A stretch of 64,000 nucleotides of DNA from Lachnospiraceae bacterium (lineage in GTDB: Bacteria > Bacillota > Clostridia > Lachnospirales > Lachnospiraceae): contig JAFZNE010000021.1 of the NCBI GenBank assembly GCA_017553035.1, positions 5,250-69,249 on the forward strand, read 5' to 3'. The position numbers and the translations under genes are program-made. The notes under the pieces are model-generated. The model was not told the DNA's origin. It ran no database searches and was given only the letters and a program-made list of their open reading frames with translations. How positions within the stretch are numbered: the first letter of the stretch is position 1; every line of letters starts with the position of its first letter. Shown here piece by piece: positions 48,211 through 57,140 of this stretch.

Positions 48211-49263
48211 TTGAACGGAATTGTAAATATATACAAAGAGAGGGGATACACCTCTCATGACGTGATCGCCCGTTTGCGAGGGATCACCAGACAGCGGAAG
48301 ATGGGTCATACCGGAACGCTAGACCCTGATGCCGAAGGAGTCCTTCCCGTATGTCTGGGAACGGCGACGCGTGTATGCGATATCATTACGGATCATTCAA
48401 AATGTTATGAAGTCGCTATGATCCTCGGGATCGGAACAGATTCACAGGACGTGACGGGAGAAATGACCGGACATGCCGAAACAAGCCTGCTCGAGGGACT
48501 GACCGACGATAAGATCAAAAAAGCTATAATGGATTTTACCGGTGAATATGACCAGCTTCCGCCGATGTATTCGGCGGTAAGGATGGGCGGACAGCGTCTG
48601 TATGAGATAGCGAGAGCCGGCAAGGAAATAGAACGCAAACCCAGGAGAGTCAGCATCGACAGGATCGAGATAGTCTCGGAACCGATAAGAGGCAGGCTCT
48701 CGGACGGAACTCAGGTTGAAAGATTTTTCGACAATTCAAAACTGAAGGCCATGGAGAAGAGGATCGACACGGCTGACAGACGGTTCGAAAGATATACTGA
48801 AGGCGGGATATCCGAGGACCTTCCGGTGATCCGCATCGCATTTAAGGTCGAATGCTCGAAGGGAACTTATATCAGATCCCTTTGCAGCGATATCGGAGAC
48901 AGCCTTGGAGTTTATGGCTGTGTTGAGCGCCTGATGCGCACAAGAGTCAATATTTTCGACATAGATGATGCAATAACGCTTGCCGAGGCCGAACAGTACA
49001 TTGCGGACGGAAGTTTTGAAAGCAGATTGTACGGGGCCGAAGCTCTGTTTGCGGGGATGGAGAGACTCGATGTCAAGGAAAAATACGACGATCTCCTTCA
49101 GAACGGCAACCAGCTTTATTACCGGCATTTTAAACAGTATATTACCACGCCGCCCACGCCTGTAAGGGTATATTCGAGTCAGGGTGAGTTCCTGGGTATT
49201 TACGAACATGTCGAAGGCAGGTCAAAATATACGCCTGTAAAGGTATTTATCGAAAAAGATTAG
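48211..49263 (+). CDS. truB: tRNA pseudouridine(55) synthase TruB
   Basis: TTG start. Contains GHTGTLDPDAEGVLPVCLG, YSAVRMGGQRLYE, CSKGTYIRSL and a C-terminal PUA-like region. Confidence 0.9.
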   Translation: MNGIVNIYKERGYTSHDVIARLRGITRQRKMGHTGTLDPDAEGVLPVCLGTATRVCDIITDHSKCYEVAMILGIGTDSQDVTGEMTGHAETSLLEGLTDDKIKKAIMDFTGEYDQLPPMYSAVRMGGQRLYEIARAGKEIERKPRRVSIDRIEIVSEPIRGRLSDGTQVERFFDNSKLKAMEKRIDTADRRFERYTEGGISEDLPVIRIAFKVECSKGTYIRSLCSDIGDSLGVYGCVERLMRTRVNIFDIDDAITLAEAEQYIADGSFESRLYGAEALFAGMERLDVKEKYDDLLQNGNQLYYRHFKQYITTPPTPVRVYSSQGEFLGIYEHVEGRSKYTPVKVFIEKD

Positions 49264-49278
49264 AAGAATGCAAGGATT

Positions 49279-49818
49279 ATGATCTGTATACTTGGAAAGA
49301 ACGATTATCGTTTTACCGATACCGTTGTGACGATAGGGAAGTTCGATGCTTTTCATATCGGACACAGGGCCCTTGTGGAATGTATGGAGTCATACAGGGA
49401 CCGGGGGATGAAAACGGTAGTCTTAAGGCTTGACATCAGAAACGGTGAGAAACCGCTGCGGACCGAGACCGAAAGGATCGACCTGCTTGCCCGGATGGGC
49501 GTCGATATCTATATACGCCATGATTTTACGGAGCGGGACGCCAGAATGAGTGCCGAGGATTTTATCAAAAATGTCCTTGTTGACAGACTGGGTGCCAAAG
49601 CGGTGGTCGTCGGAGAGGATTTCAGGTTCGGATTTGAGCGCCGGGGTAATGCAGGGCTGCTTACCCGGGAAGGCGCGAAGTACGGTTTTGAAACGGTAGT
49701 TCTTGAAAAAGTAAGCTATGACGGAGAAGTGGTCAGCAGTTCACGTATCCGCAAAGCGCTGGGTTCCGGAAGGGCTGAAGAGGCATCGGCCATGATGGAA
49801 GGCGAAGAGTTTCAATAA
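49279..49818 (+). CDS. ribF: FMN adenylyltransferase (FAD synthetase) domain only; RibF lacking the riboflavin kinase domain
   Basis: Contains IGKFDAFHIGHRAL, VVGEDFRFG and VSSSRIRKAL, then stops after 179 aa where the kinase domain normally begins. Confidence 0.75.
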   Translation: MICILGKNDYRFTDTVVTIGKFDAFHIGHRALVECMESYRDRGMKTVVLRLDIRNGEKPLRTETERIDLLARMGVDIYIRHDFTERDARMSAEDFIKNVLVDRLGAKAVVVGEDFRFGFERRGNAGLLTREGAKYGFETVVLEKVSYDGEVVSSSRIRKALGSGRAEEASAMMEGEEFQ

Positions 49819-49893
49819 AAGTATCAATAAAAGTTGACAGCGGTTAGTGTTACTACAGACGGCCTTGTGTCGTTCCGAAAGGGAGGTAGGGGT

Positions 49894-51144
49894 ATGAAAA
49901 AGAGACTATTTTCTGTGTTGGCGTTTTTTGCGGTCGTAGTGCTCCAGGTGCTGCTTTCAGGTGCATTTACATACAATGCGGAAGCTGCGGCCAAACCGGC
50001 TGTGGCGAAGAAAAAGGTTACCATGTATACCGACTCCGGGAAGTATACGATCGAGCTGAAGAATGTTAAGGATAATGCCAAGATAACATATTCTTCCTCC
50101 GATAAATCGGTAGTTACCGTCAAAAAAGGCGTCGTGACCGCGGTCGGTGAAGGAAAAGCTACCGTAAAGGTAAAAGTTAAGCAAAACAAAAAGACATATA
50201 AGCTGAAGATCACATTTACGGTCAAGAAAGCCTCTAAATCCGATAATGACAGCAATTCCGGAAATAATAATGGTAAGAGTGACGCCGATACCGATTACTC
50301 CGCCGATGCCGTGAAAAAGTCTACCGAGAACTCGTTATTCGGGAATGAGCGCAGCATCAACAATGCGCTGGACAGCGGCAATACCGACAAGTTGTCGAAA
50401 GATGAGAAAGCTTTGTATGACAAGGTAAAAAAACTTGCCAAAGAGCTTAAAGGCAAAAAGGAATATGATACGGTCAAGAATATCCACGATTATCTTGTAA
50501 ACAATATCGTATATCCGTCAAGCTGGAGCGGGACGGGTGTCCATACTCTGAATTATGCTCTTAATGAAGGCGTCTGTGTATGCGACGGCTATGCCAAAGC
50601 ATTTTATTTTCTCTGCAAGGCGAACGGCATAGAAGCGTTTATCGTAGGCGGAACCGCTTCCGACGACCGCGGTTCCGAATCACATGCATGGAATAAGGTC
50701 AAGATCGACGGCAAGTGGTATACGATCGATGTGACCTGGGACGATCCGCGTTCAGCCTCCGGGGAGACTCTGACATATGATTATTTCCTTGTAACGGATA
50801 AGGACATTTCAAGAAGTCATACATGGGACGACACCGGGCTTCCGGATGCATATTCCGAAGATCTCGGGATCGTTTATGTTACATATAAAGATACCAAGAA
50901 GATCGAAAAGCAGGAAGATGCCACGGAATATTTCAAAAAGCAGGCGAAGGAATTCCTCGATAAGAAAGAGAGAGGATCGAAGCTGGAACTGGAATTCCTT
51001 GTGATCTCGGGGAATGAAGACTATATGTACAGCCTGATCGACATTGTTCAGTCATATTACGCATCTTATCGCTGCGGGTACTCGTATAATTTTGAATCCG
51101 CCGGATTCTACGGTATACTGTGCCAGATAAAGCTGAATTATTAG
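49894..51144 (+). CDS. Secreted protein with a Big_2-like domain and a transglutaminase-like cysteine protease core
   Basis: The ATG at 49894 follows GGGAGGTAGGGG. Signal peptide MKKRLFSVLAFFAVVVLQ, a Big_2-like segment, then GVCVCDGYAKAF...SHAWNKVKIDGKWYTIDVTWDD (Cys-His-Asp core). Confidence 0.7.
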   Translation: MKKRLFSVLAFFAVVVLQVLLSGAFTYNAEAAAKPAVAKKKVTMYTDSGKYTIELKNVKDNAKITYSSSDKSVVTVKKGVVTAVGEGKATVKVKVKQNKKTYKLKITFTVKKASKSDNDSNSGNNNGKSDADTDYSADAVKKSTENSLFGNERSINNALDSGNTDKLSKDEKALYDKVKKLAKELKGKKEYDTVKNIHDYLVNNIVYPSSWSGTGVHTLNYALNEGVCVCDGYAKAFYFLCKANGIEAFIVGGTASDDRGSESHAWNKVKIDGKWYTIDVTWDDPRSASGETLTYDYFLVTDKDISRSHTWDDTGLPDAYSEDLGIVYVTYKDTKKIEKQEDATEYFKKQAKEFLDKKERGSKLELEFLVISGNEDYMYSLIDIVQSYYASYRCGYSYNFESAGFYGILCQIKLNY

Positions 51145-51170
51145 TTTGTTTTAACGGAAGTATTTTTTAC

Positions 51171-51199
51171 TTGACAAAAGCCAAGACAAAGGGTATATT
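51171..51199 (+). promoter_or_regulatory. Candidate sigma-A promoter of rpsO
   Basis: TTGACA, a 17-nt spacer, then TATATT, about 90 nt upstream of the rpsO ATG. Confidence 0.45.
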
Positions 51200-51291
51200 T
51201 GTAAAGGTCACGGACCTTGTCCCAGGTATTCGGTTCTCCGGCCGGTTCCTTAGATGAGGCCGCCTAATAAAATAATACGGAGGTAAAAGCT

Positions 51292-51558
51292 ATGATCACG
51301 AAGGAAAAGAAAGCCGAGATCGTTGCAAAGTACGGCAAGAACGCTCAGGATACCGGTTCTACACAGGTACAGGTTGCACTTCTTACCGAAAGGATCAACG
51401 AGCTCACCGAACATCTGAAGGAGCATAACAAGGACCATCATTCAAGACGTGGTCTGCTCAAGATGGTAGGTCAGAGACGTGGACTTCTTGAGTATCTCAA
51501 GAAGAACGACATCAACGAGTATCGTGCACTTATCGAGAAGCTCGGACTGAGAAAGTAA
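51292..51558 (+). CDS. rpsO: 30S ribosomal protein S15
   Basis: 88 aa. Contains ...[44 protein letters not shown]. Confidence 0.95.
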   Translation: MITKEKKAEIVAKYGKNAQDTGSTQVQVALLTERINELTEHLKEHNKDHHSRRGLLKMVGQRRGLLEYLKKNDINEYRALIEKLGLRK

Positions 51559-51565
51559 GCTTTAG

Positions 51566-51607
51566 GAACACGGTTTTACCTGACGGTAACGGCCGTGTTC
51601 TTTTTTT
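51566..51607 (+). terminator. Intrinsic terminator after rpsO
   Basis: GAACACGG ... CCGTGTTC stem followed by TTTTTTT. Confidence 0.7.
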
Positions 51608-51628
51608 GTTGCATTATTGACAGCGCAA

Positions 51629-51637
51629 TGGTATAAT
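51629..51637 (+). promoter_or_regulatory. Candidate extended -10 promoter of pnp
   Basis: TGgTATAAT about 45 nt upstream of the pnp ATG. No well-spaced -35 box. Confidence 0.35.
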
Positions 51638-51681
51638 AATTATTTGTGAGAAATTAAGCAGATTTAGACAGGAGGTACGAA

Positions 51682-53766
51682 ATGTACAAGAGTTATTCAC
51701 TCGAACTTGCCGGGCGTACTCTTACCGTAGAAGTCGGAAGAGTAGCGGCACAGGCCAACGGTGCGGCATTCATGCACTATGGCGATACGGTTGTTCTTTC
51801 AACCGCGACAGCATCCAAGAAACCCAGAGAAGGTATCGACTTTTTCCCTTTGAGTGTTGAATACGAAGAAAAGCTTTACGCTGTAGGAAAGATCCCCGGC
51901 GGATTTACCAAGCGTGAAGGTAAACCTACCGAGAACGCTATCCTTACTTCACGTGTTATCGATCGTCCTATGAGACCTTTGTTCCCGAAGGATTATCGTA
52001 ATGATGTTACCCTCAATAATATGGTAATGAGCGTTGATCCCGACTGCCGTCCCGAGCTTGTTGCAATGCTTGGTTCAGCGATCGCAACCTCTATCTCGGA
52101 TATACCTTTTGACGGCCCCTGCGCTACCACACAGGTAGGCATGATCGACGGCGAACTGATCATCAATCCCAACCAGGAGCAGTGGAAGAACGGCGACTTA
52201 AACCTTACCGTAGCATCCACAAGCGAGAAGGTTATCATGATCGAAGCCGGTGCCAACGAGATTCCCGAAGAGACCATGATCAAGGCCATCTACAAGGCAC
52301 ATGAAGTTAACCAGATCATCATCGCTTTCATCAATGATATCGTTCGCGAAGTTGGCAAGCCCAAGCATGAATATGACAGCTATGCGGTTCCCGAGGAACT
52401 CTTCAATGCGATCAAGGAGATAGTTCCTCCCGAGGAGATGGAAAAGGCTGTATTTACAGACGACAAGCAGACCAGAGAGAACAATATCGCAGACATTACA
52501 GCAAGGCTCGAAGAGGCATTTGCGGAGAACGAAGAATGGCTTGCGCTTCTCGGTGATGCAGTATATCAGTACGAGAAGAAGACCGTTCGTAAGATGATCC
52601 TTAAAGATCACAAGCGTCCCGACGGCCGTGAAATCACCCAGATCAGACCTCTCGCTGCCGAAGTTGACATTATTCCGAGAGTTCTCGGTTCGTCGATGTT
52701 CACACGCGGACAGACACAGATCTGTGACGTATGTACACTTGCTCCTCTTTCCGAGCAGCAGAAGCTTGACGGACTTGATGAAAATGAAGTTTCAAAGCGT
52801 TATATGCACCACTATAATTTCCCGGCTTACTCGGTAGGCGAGACCAAGGTATCCCGTGGTCCCGGACGTCGTGAGATCGGACACGGAGCACTTGCAGAGC
52901 GTGCCCTTATCCCCGTGCTTCCGAGCGAAGAGGAGTTCCCTTACGCAATCCGCTGCGTATCGGAGACCTTCGAATCGAACGGCTCGACTTCAATGGCATC
53001 AACCTGTGCTTCATGTATGTCACTGATGGCTGCAGGTGTTCCCATCAAGCGTATGGTAGCAGGTATCAGCTGCGGACTTGTAACAGGCGAAACCGACGAT
53101 GATTTCGTTCTGCTTACCGATATCCAGGGTCTTGAGGATTTCTTCGGAGATATGGATTTCAAGGTTACCGGTACAACAGAGGGTATCACCGCTATCCAGA
53201 TGGATATCAAGATCCACGGACTTACCAGACCGATCGTTGAGGGTGCTATCGCACGCTGCCGCGAAGCAAGGCTCTTCATTATGGATAACTGCATGAAGAA
53301 GGCTATTGCAGAGCCCAGACCCGAAGTCAGCAAGTATGCTCCGAAGATCATCCAGATCCAGATCGATCCTCAGAAGATCGGCGATGTTGTCGGACAGCGC
53401 GGCAAGACCATCAACGCCATCATCGATGCTACAGGCGTTAAGATCGATATTACCGATGACGGTGCGGTTTCGGTATGCGGTACCGATCCCGATATGATGA
53501 ACGAGGCAGTACGCCTGATCAACATCATCGTTTCGGAATTTGAAGAAGGCGTGATCTACGAAGGCAAGGTTGTTTCGATCAAGGAATTCGGCGCATTCGT
53601 TGAGTTCGCTCCCGGCAAGGAAGGAATGGTACACATTTCCAAGATCGCCAATGAGCGTATCAACCATGTTGAGGATGTCCTGACACTTGGCGACAAGGTA
53701 AGATGCAAGTGCATGGGCAAGGATAAGATGGGAAGGATCAGCTTCTCGATCAAAGATGCGAAATAA
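51682..53766 (+). CDS. pnp: Polyribonucleotide nucleotidyltransferase (PNPase)
   Basis: Two RNase PH domains, a KH domain (IGDVVGQRGKTINAI) and an S1 domain (YEGKVVSIKEFGAFVEF). 694 aa. Confidence 0.95.
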   Translation: MYKSYSLELAGRTLTVEVGRVAAQANGAAFMHYGDTVVLSTATASKKPREGIDFFPLSVEYEEKLYAVGKIPGGFTKREGKPTENAILTSRVIDRPMRPLFPKDYRNDVTLNNMVMSVDPDCRPELVAMLGSAIATSISDIPFDGPCATTQVGMIDGELIINPNQEQWKNGDLNLTVASTSEKVIMIEAGANEIPEETMIKAIYKAHEVNQIIIAFINDIVREVGKPKHEYDSYAVPEELFNAIKEIVPPEEMEKAVFTDDKQTRENNIADITARLEEAFAENEEWLALLGDAVYQYEKKTVRKMILKDHKRPDGREITQIRPLAAEVDIIPRVLGSSMFTRGQTQICDVCTLAPLSEQQKLDGLDENEVSKRYMHHYNFPAYSVGETKVSRGPGRREIGHGALAERALIPVLPSEEEFPYAIRCVSETFESNGSTSMASTCASCMSLMAAGVPIKRMVAGISCGLVTGETDDDFVLLTDIQGLEDFFGDMDFKVTGTTEGITAIQMDIKIHGLTRPIVEGAIARCREARLFIMDNCMKKAIAEPRPEVSKYAPKIIQIQIDPQKIGDVVGQRGKTINAIIDATGVKIDITDDGAVSVCGTDPDMMNEAVRLINIIVSEFEEGVIYEGKVVSIKEFGAFVEFAPGKEGMVHISKIANERINHVEDVLTLGDKVRCKCMGKDKMGRISFSIKDAK

Positions 53767-53815
53767 TCAGGTAAAACACCCGATCAGGTGAATGATTAAA
53801 TAAGCATACAAAAAA

Positions 53816-53843
53816 CCCGGTGCAGTATGAAAACTGCGCCGGG
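53816..53843. terminator. Bidirectional intrinsic terminator between pnp and the convergent gene
   Basis: Stem CCCGGTGCAG / CTGCGCCGGG, flanked by AAAAAA on one side and TTTTTT on the other. Confidence 0.7.
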
Positions 53844-53874
53844 TAATTTTTTATTACATGATTTTTATCATGGG

Positions 53875-53910
53875 TTATTTTATGATTTATTTCGTGATTT
53901 ATTTCATGGT
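53875..53910. repeat. Three tandem 12-nt units spanning the stop codon of the reverse-strand gene
   Basis: TTATTTTATGAT / TTATTTCGTGAT / TTATTTCATGGT. On the coding strand each unit ends in an in-frame TAA. Confidence 0.6.
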
Positions 53911-54966
53911 GATGACTTTTACAGGATAGTAAATAAATTCGCCGTACCACTTCTCGGTCAACGGGATATATACGCCCTTGGGAAGGTAGATCGCCTTCAG
54001 TTTGGGGAATTTGTCCATCTTGTAAAAATGATAGATCCTGTCAACCATCATCTTCAGTATTGCTTCGGGAACCTTCGTAGCTTCGGAAAGGTCGATAACC
54101 TCATATTTCTTAGCATCGCTTCCTATTGAGAAAGTATTGAAATAACTGTATTCCGAAGAATCATATTTGAAATTTGAATAGCTGAAAGTAGTAGCTTTTT
54201 TACCCTTACCGAACGTAAGAATATAATCGATCTGGTTGTCATACTCACCTTTGTTTTTCTTTACAGTGGGCTTAACTGTCTTGGGTTTACCGGAAAGCTT
54301 TCTTGACTCTGCTTTCTTTGATGTTATTTTGACTACAGTCGGAGTCGATGAATTGGAGGTCATATCGAAGTATACTTCGAAAATATCATTCTCCGATTGA
54401 CGGATGAGCAGGGCGTCTGACGCGGTTGCCGTAATTGTTGCCTCATCGAGCTCGTAGCCATCTTCAAAGATGCATTTGATCGCTATGGAATTTCCACTCA
54501 GTCCCATTGCTTTATCAAAAATATAATCTTTTTCGGTTGCGGCTTTAACTGTCTTTTTTTCTGCATTTATAAATTCGAAAGACTTAACATGCTGGTCCGC
54601 TTTGAGAGTTGAAGCATATTTGGTGTTGGGATACGCGCTGACCCAGAAATCTGAATGAGGGGTAAAGGTAAAAGAATCACCTTCGGGATAATAATAATCA
54701 TCGGTATAAACATACTTGTACTGACCCCATTCGTGATATTCGTCAAGGATGAGAGTCACGGTAAGCTCGGTACCTTCGGTAACAGTATCGCCCTGTTTGA
54801 TCTCCTTGCCCTGAGGATCGGTTACCTTGGCAACAAAACCATAATCCTCGGAGTATCCGTAATAAGTGTACTTAGCCTTGGTGTCAGCCTTGGCTGATGT
54901 CGAGACAAATGCCGACAGGAGAAGAACTGCAAGAAGTGTAAATAAGATTTTTTTCATATTTTTCAT
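53899..54966 (-). CDS. Hypothetical secreted protein
   Basis: Signal peptide MKNMKKILFTLLAVLLLSAFVSTSAKA, then Tyr/Asp-rich segments likely to be beta-rich (assessed by eye) and a Lys-rich linker KKAESRKLSGKPKTVKPTVKKNKG. No family recognised. Confidence 0.6.
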   Translation of the reverse strand: MKNMKKILFTLLAVLLLSAFVSTSAKADTKAKYTYYGYSEDYGFVAKVTDPQGKEIKQGDTVTEGTELTVTLILDEYHEWGQYKYVYTDDYYYPEGDSFTFTPHSDFWVSAYPNTKYASTLKADQHVKSFEFINAEKKTVKAATEKDYIFDKAMGLSGNSIAIKCIFEDGYELDEATITATASDALLIRQSENDIFEVYFDMTSNSSTPTVVKITSKKAESRKLSGKPKTVKPTVKKNKGEYDNQIDYILTFGKGKKATTFSYSNFKYDSSEYSYFNTFSIGSDAKKYEVIDLSEATKVPEAILKMMVDRIYHFYKMDKFPKLKAIYLPKGVYIPLTEKWYGEFIYYPVKVITMK

Positions 54967-55050
54967 AAGACCTCTGCGGGGAATACCCGCACACCTCCTT
55001 ATTGAATTATCCGTAAACCGGATATAATGATTGTATCACTGATATGTTGC

Positions 55051-55066
55051 TTTTACAATTGTAAAA
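55051..55066. promoter_or_regulatory. Perfect 16-bp palindrome in a divergent intergenic region (candidate operator)
   Basis: TTTTACAATTGTAAAA is its own reverse complement. It lies between the reverse-strand secreted protein gene and the O-antigen-ligase-like gene. Confidence 0.35.
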
Positions 55067-55157
55067 TTATATTGATTGGGTTATCATGATAATGAAGCCA
55101 AACGCCTTGGCGGTATTGAGGTTACAGGCGATTTCTCACGGAAGGGGTACGATCGGC

Positions 55158-57017
55158 ATGGCAGGAAATAAAAACGGAGGATCACGGAAAACAAATCCGC
55201 GCAGTGTAAATGATCCACATAATAAGCAGACCGGAATTTCGATCATTACAGCAAATGCCCGTCTGATACCGGTGATGCTGATCCTGGCGGTGATACCCCT
55301 GATATTCAGGCTTTACCAATATGATTCGGGACTTGCAGGATATGATTTCTTCGCAAGGGAGGGCATCAGCCATGATTTCGCGCTTCACGGGAAAATGGTC
55401 GCATTTACCGCAGTGTCCGCCTGTATGGCTGCGATACTCATTTATCGCGGGATCACAAAGAAAAAGCTTTTGTTTACGAAAGTTTTCATCCCTCTGATCA
55501 TTTACGGCTTTCTTGCATTACTTTCCAGTATATTTTCCGAATATCAGTCTTATCCGTGGACGGGAATTTTCGAGCAGTTCGAGCCGTGCTTTGTTCTGAT
55601 CGGATATGTGATCGCCGCATACTATACATTTTTATGCATTGAAAGGGAAGAAGATGTAAAAATCCTGGTGTTCTGTCTTGCCGCAGGAGCAGCAGTGCTG
55701 GCTGCCATCGGTCTGATGCAGGCATTTTTGACGGATCCCTTTGATACAGAACTTGGAAAGTGGCTTACGATCCCTTCAAAATATTACCGGCAGCTGAGCG
55801 GGACGGGTGAGGAATTCAGGCACAAATTCAAGATCTGGCGTGTGTTCATGACATTTTCAAACCCGAATTATGTCGGTTCGTATGTACCGCTTGTCTGGCC
55901 TGTAGTGCTTATTTTGGCATTCAATACCAAAAAGACCGGGTTGCGGATCTTCTATGGGATCCTGTCCGCAGGACTTATCGTCTGCCTGTTCGGGTCGGGT
56001 TCGAAGACCGGCTTTGTGGGACTGATCGTTTCGATGGCGGTTGTAGCCGTTTACCTTGTAAAAAGCGGCAGGAAGACATTGACGCTGTCTGTTGCCGGCG
56101 CATTTGCGGTATTGATGATATTGTATGTAATCCTCGGAAATAACGATTATCTGAGCAGGATAAAGTCGGTATTCAATTTTGAAAAAACGGAATATGAAGT
56201 TACCGGGATCGAAACGCTTGATGACGGTGTCAGGATAGTATACAGGGGTAATGGACTTATTGTAAGCTTTGAACCTGAGAGACTCGGATTTTCCTGCAGG
56301 GATGACAACGGCGAGGAACTGTATATGTCGCTGAACAATGAACAGAAACTGACGCTCGATGATGAAAGATTTACCGGCGTTACGATCAGACCGGTAGAGC
56401 TTGATGAAAATACTACGGGATTTGAGATCTTTGCATCACGTAACTGGTATTTTGCGAGACTTAACGGAGAATATTACTATTATACACCTTATGGGAAATA
56501 TATAAAACATACGATCAGCGAATCGGCAAAATGGCTGGACGAACACGGAAAACTGGCAACCGGACGCGGATTTCTATGGGCCCGGACGCTTCCTCTCCTG
56601 AAATCAAACATCATACTCGGAAGCGGAGCGGACACGTTCGCGCTGGAATATCCCGGCGCCGATTATGTAGCTAGCTACAACAGCGGCAACTGGGGATTTA
56701 TCGTGACCAAGCCTCACTGCATGTATCTTCAGATCGCTGTTCAGACGGGAGTATTGTCACTGATAGCACTGCTGGGATATATCCTGATGTATTTTACCGC
56801 AAGTACCAGATGCCTGTCGGAGATGGTCACGACGGGGACGTCGGTTACAACGGGCAAAGGCGATTTTTCGACAGGCATGATCTGGGCGGTCATGGCCGGA
56901 ACGGCAGGGTATATGACGGCGGCCGTATTCAACGACTCCTCGATAGCGATCGCACCGGTATTCTGGGTACTGACAGGTATGGGCCTCGGCCTGGAAAAGA
57001 TCAAAAAGAAAGATTAA
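55158..57017 (+). CDS. O-antigen ligase / Wzy_C family membrane protein with an inserted soluble domain
   Basis: Many TM helices, with NPNYVGSY and KPHCMYLQIAVQTGVLSL resembling Wzy_C motifs. The ATG at 55158 follows GAAGGGG. The ORF could start at 55086. Confidence 0.6.
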   Translation: MAGNKNGGSRKTNPRSVNDPHNKQTGISIITANARLIPVMLILAVIPLIFRLYQYDSGLAGYDFFAREGISHDFALHGKMVAFTAVSACMAAILIYRGITKKKLLFTKVFIPLIIYGFLALLSSIFSEYQSYPWTGIFEQFEPCFVLIGYVIAAYYTFLCIEREEDVKILVFCLAAGAAVLAAIGLMQAFLTDPFDTELGKWLTIPSKYYRQLSGTGEEFRHKFKIWRVFMTFSNPNYVGSYVPLVWPVVLILAFNTKKTGLRIFYGILSAGLIVCLFGSGSKTGFVGLIVSMAVVAVYLVKSGRKTLTLSVAGAFAVLMILYVILGNNDYLSRIKSVFNFEKTEYEVTGIETLDDGVRIVYRGNGLIVSFEPERLGFSCRDDNGEELYMSLNNEQKLTLDDERFTGVTIRPVELDENTTGFEIFASRNWYFARLNGEYYYYTPYGKYIKHTISESAKWLDEHGKLATGRGFLWARTLPLLKSNIILGSGADTFALEYPGADYVASYNSGNWGFIVTKPHCMYLQIAVQTGVLSLIALLGYILMYFTASTRCLSEMVTTGTSVTTGKGDFSTGMIWAVMAGTAGYMTAAVFNDSSIAIAPVFWVLTGMGLGLEKIKKKD

Positions 57018-57140
57018 AACATTTGTTCGATTATTTCGGCTTATCTGCTTGCTAAACGGCCAAAAATCAGATAAAATTATTATGATTGCAGTTTTATAAA
57101 GTACTGAAAAGTTGCAGATGTGCGTCACGGAGGTAATGCA

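Noticed and set aside
54964-55000. AAGGAGG lies 27 nt upstream of the reverse-strand gene's ATG, with a 6-bp hairpin (UGCGGG-UAUUC-CCCGCA) in between that could bring the SD close to the start.
   Set aside because: A simpler explanation exists: a GAGG lies 4 nt upstream of the ATG and can serve as the SD. The bridging idea is not needed without experimental evidence.
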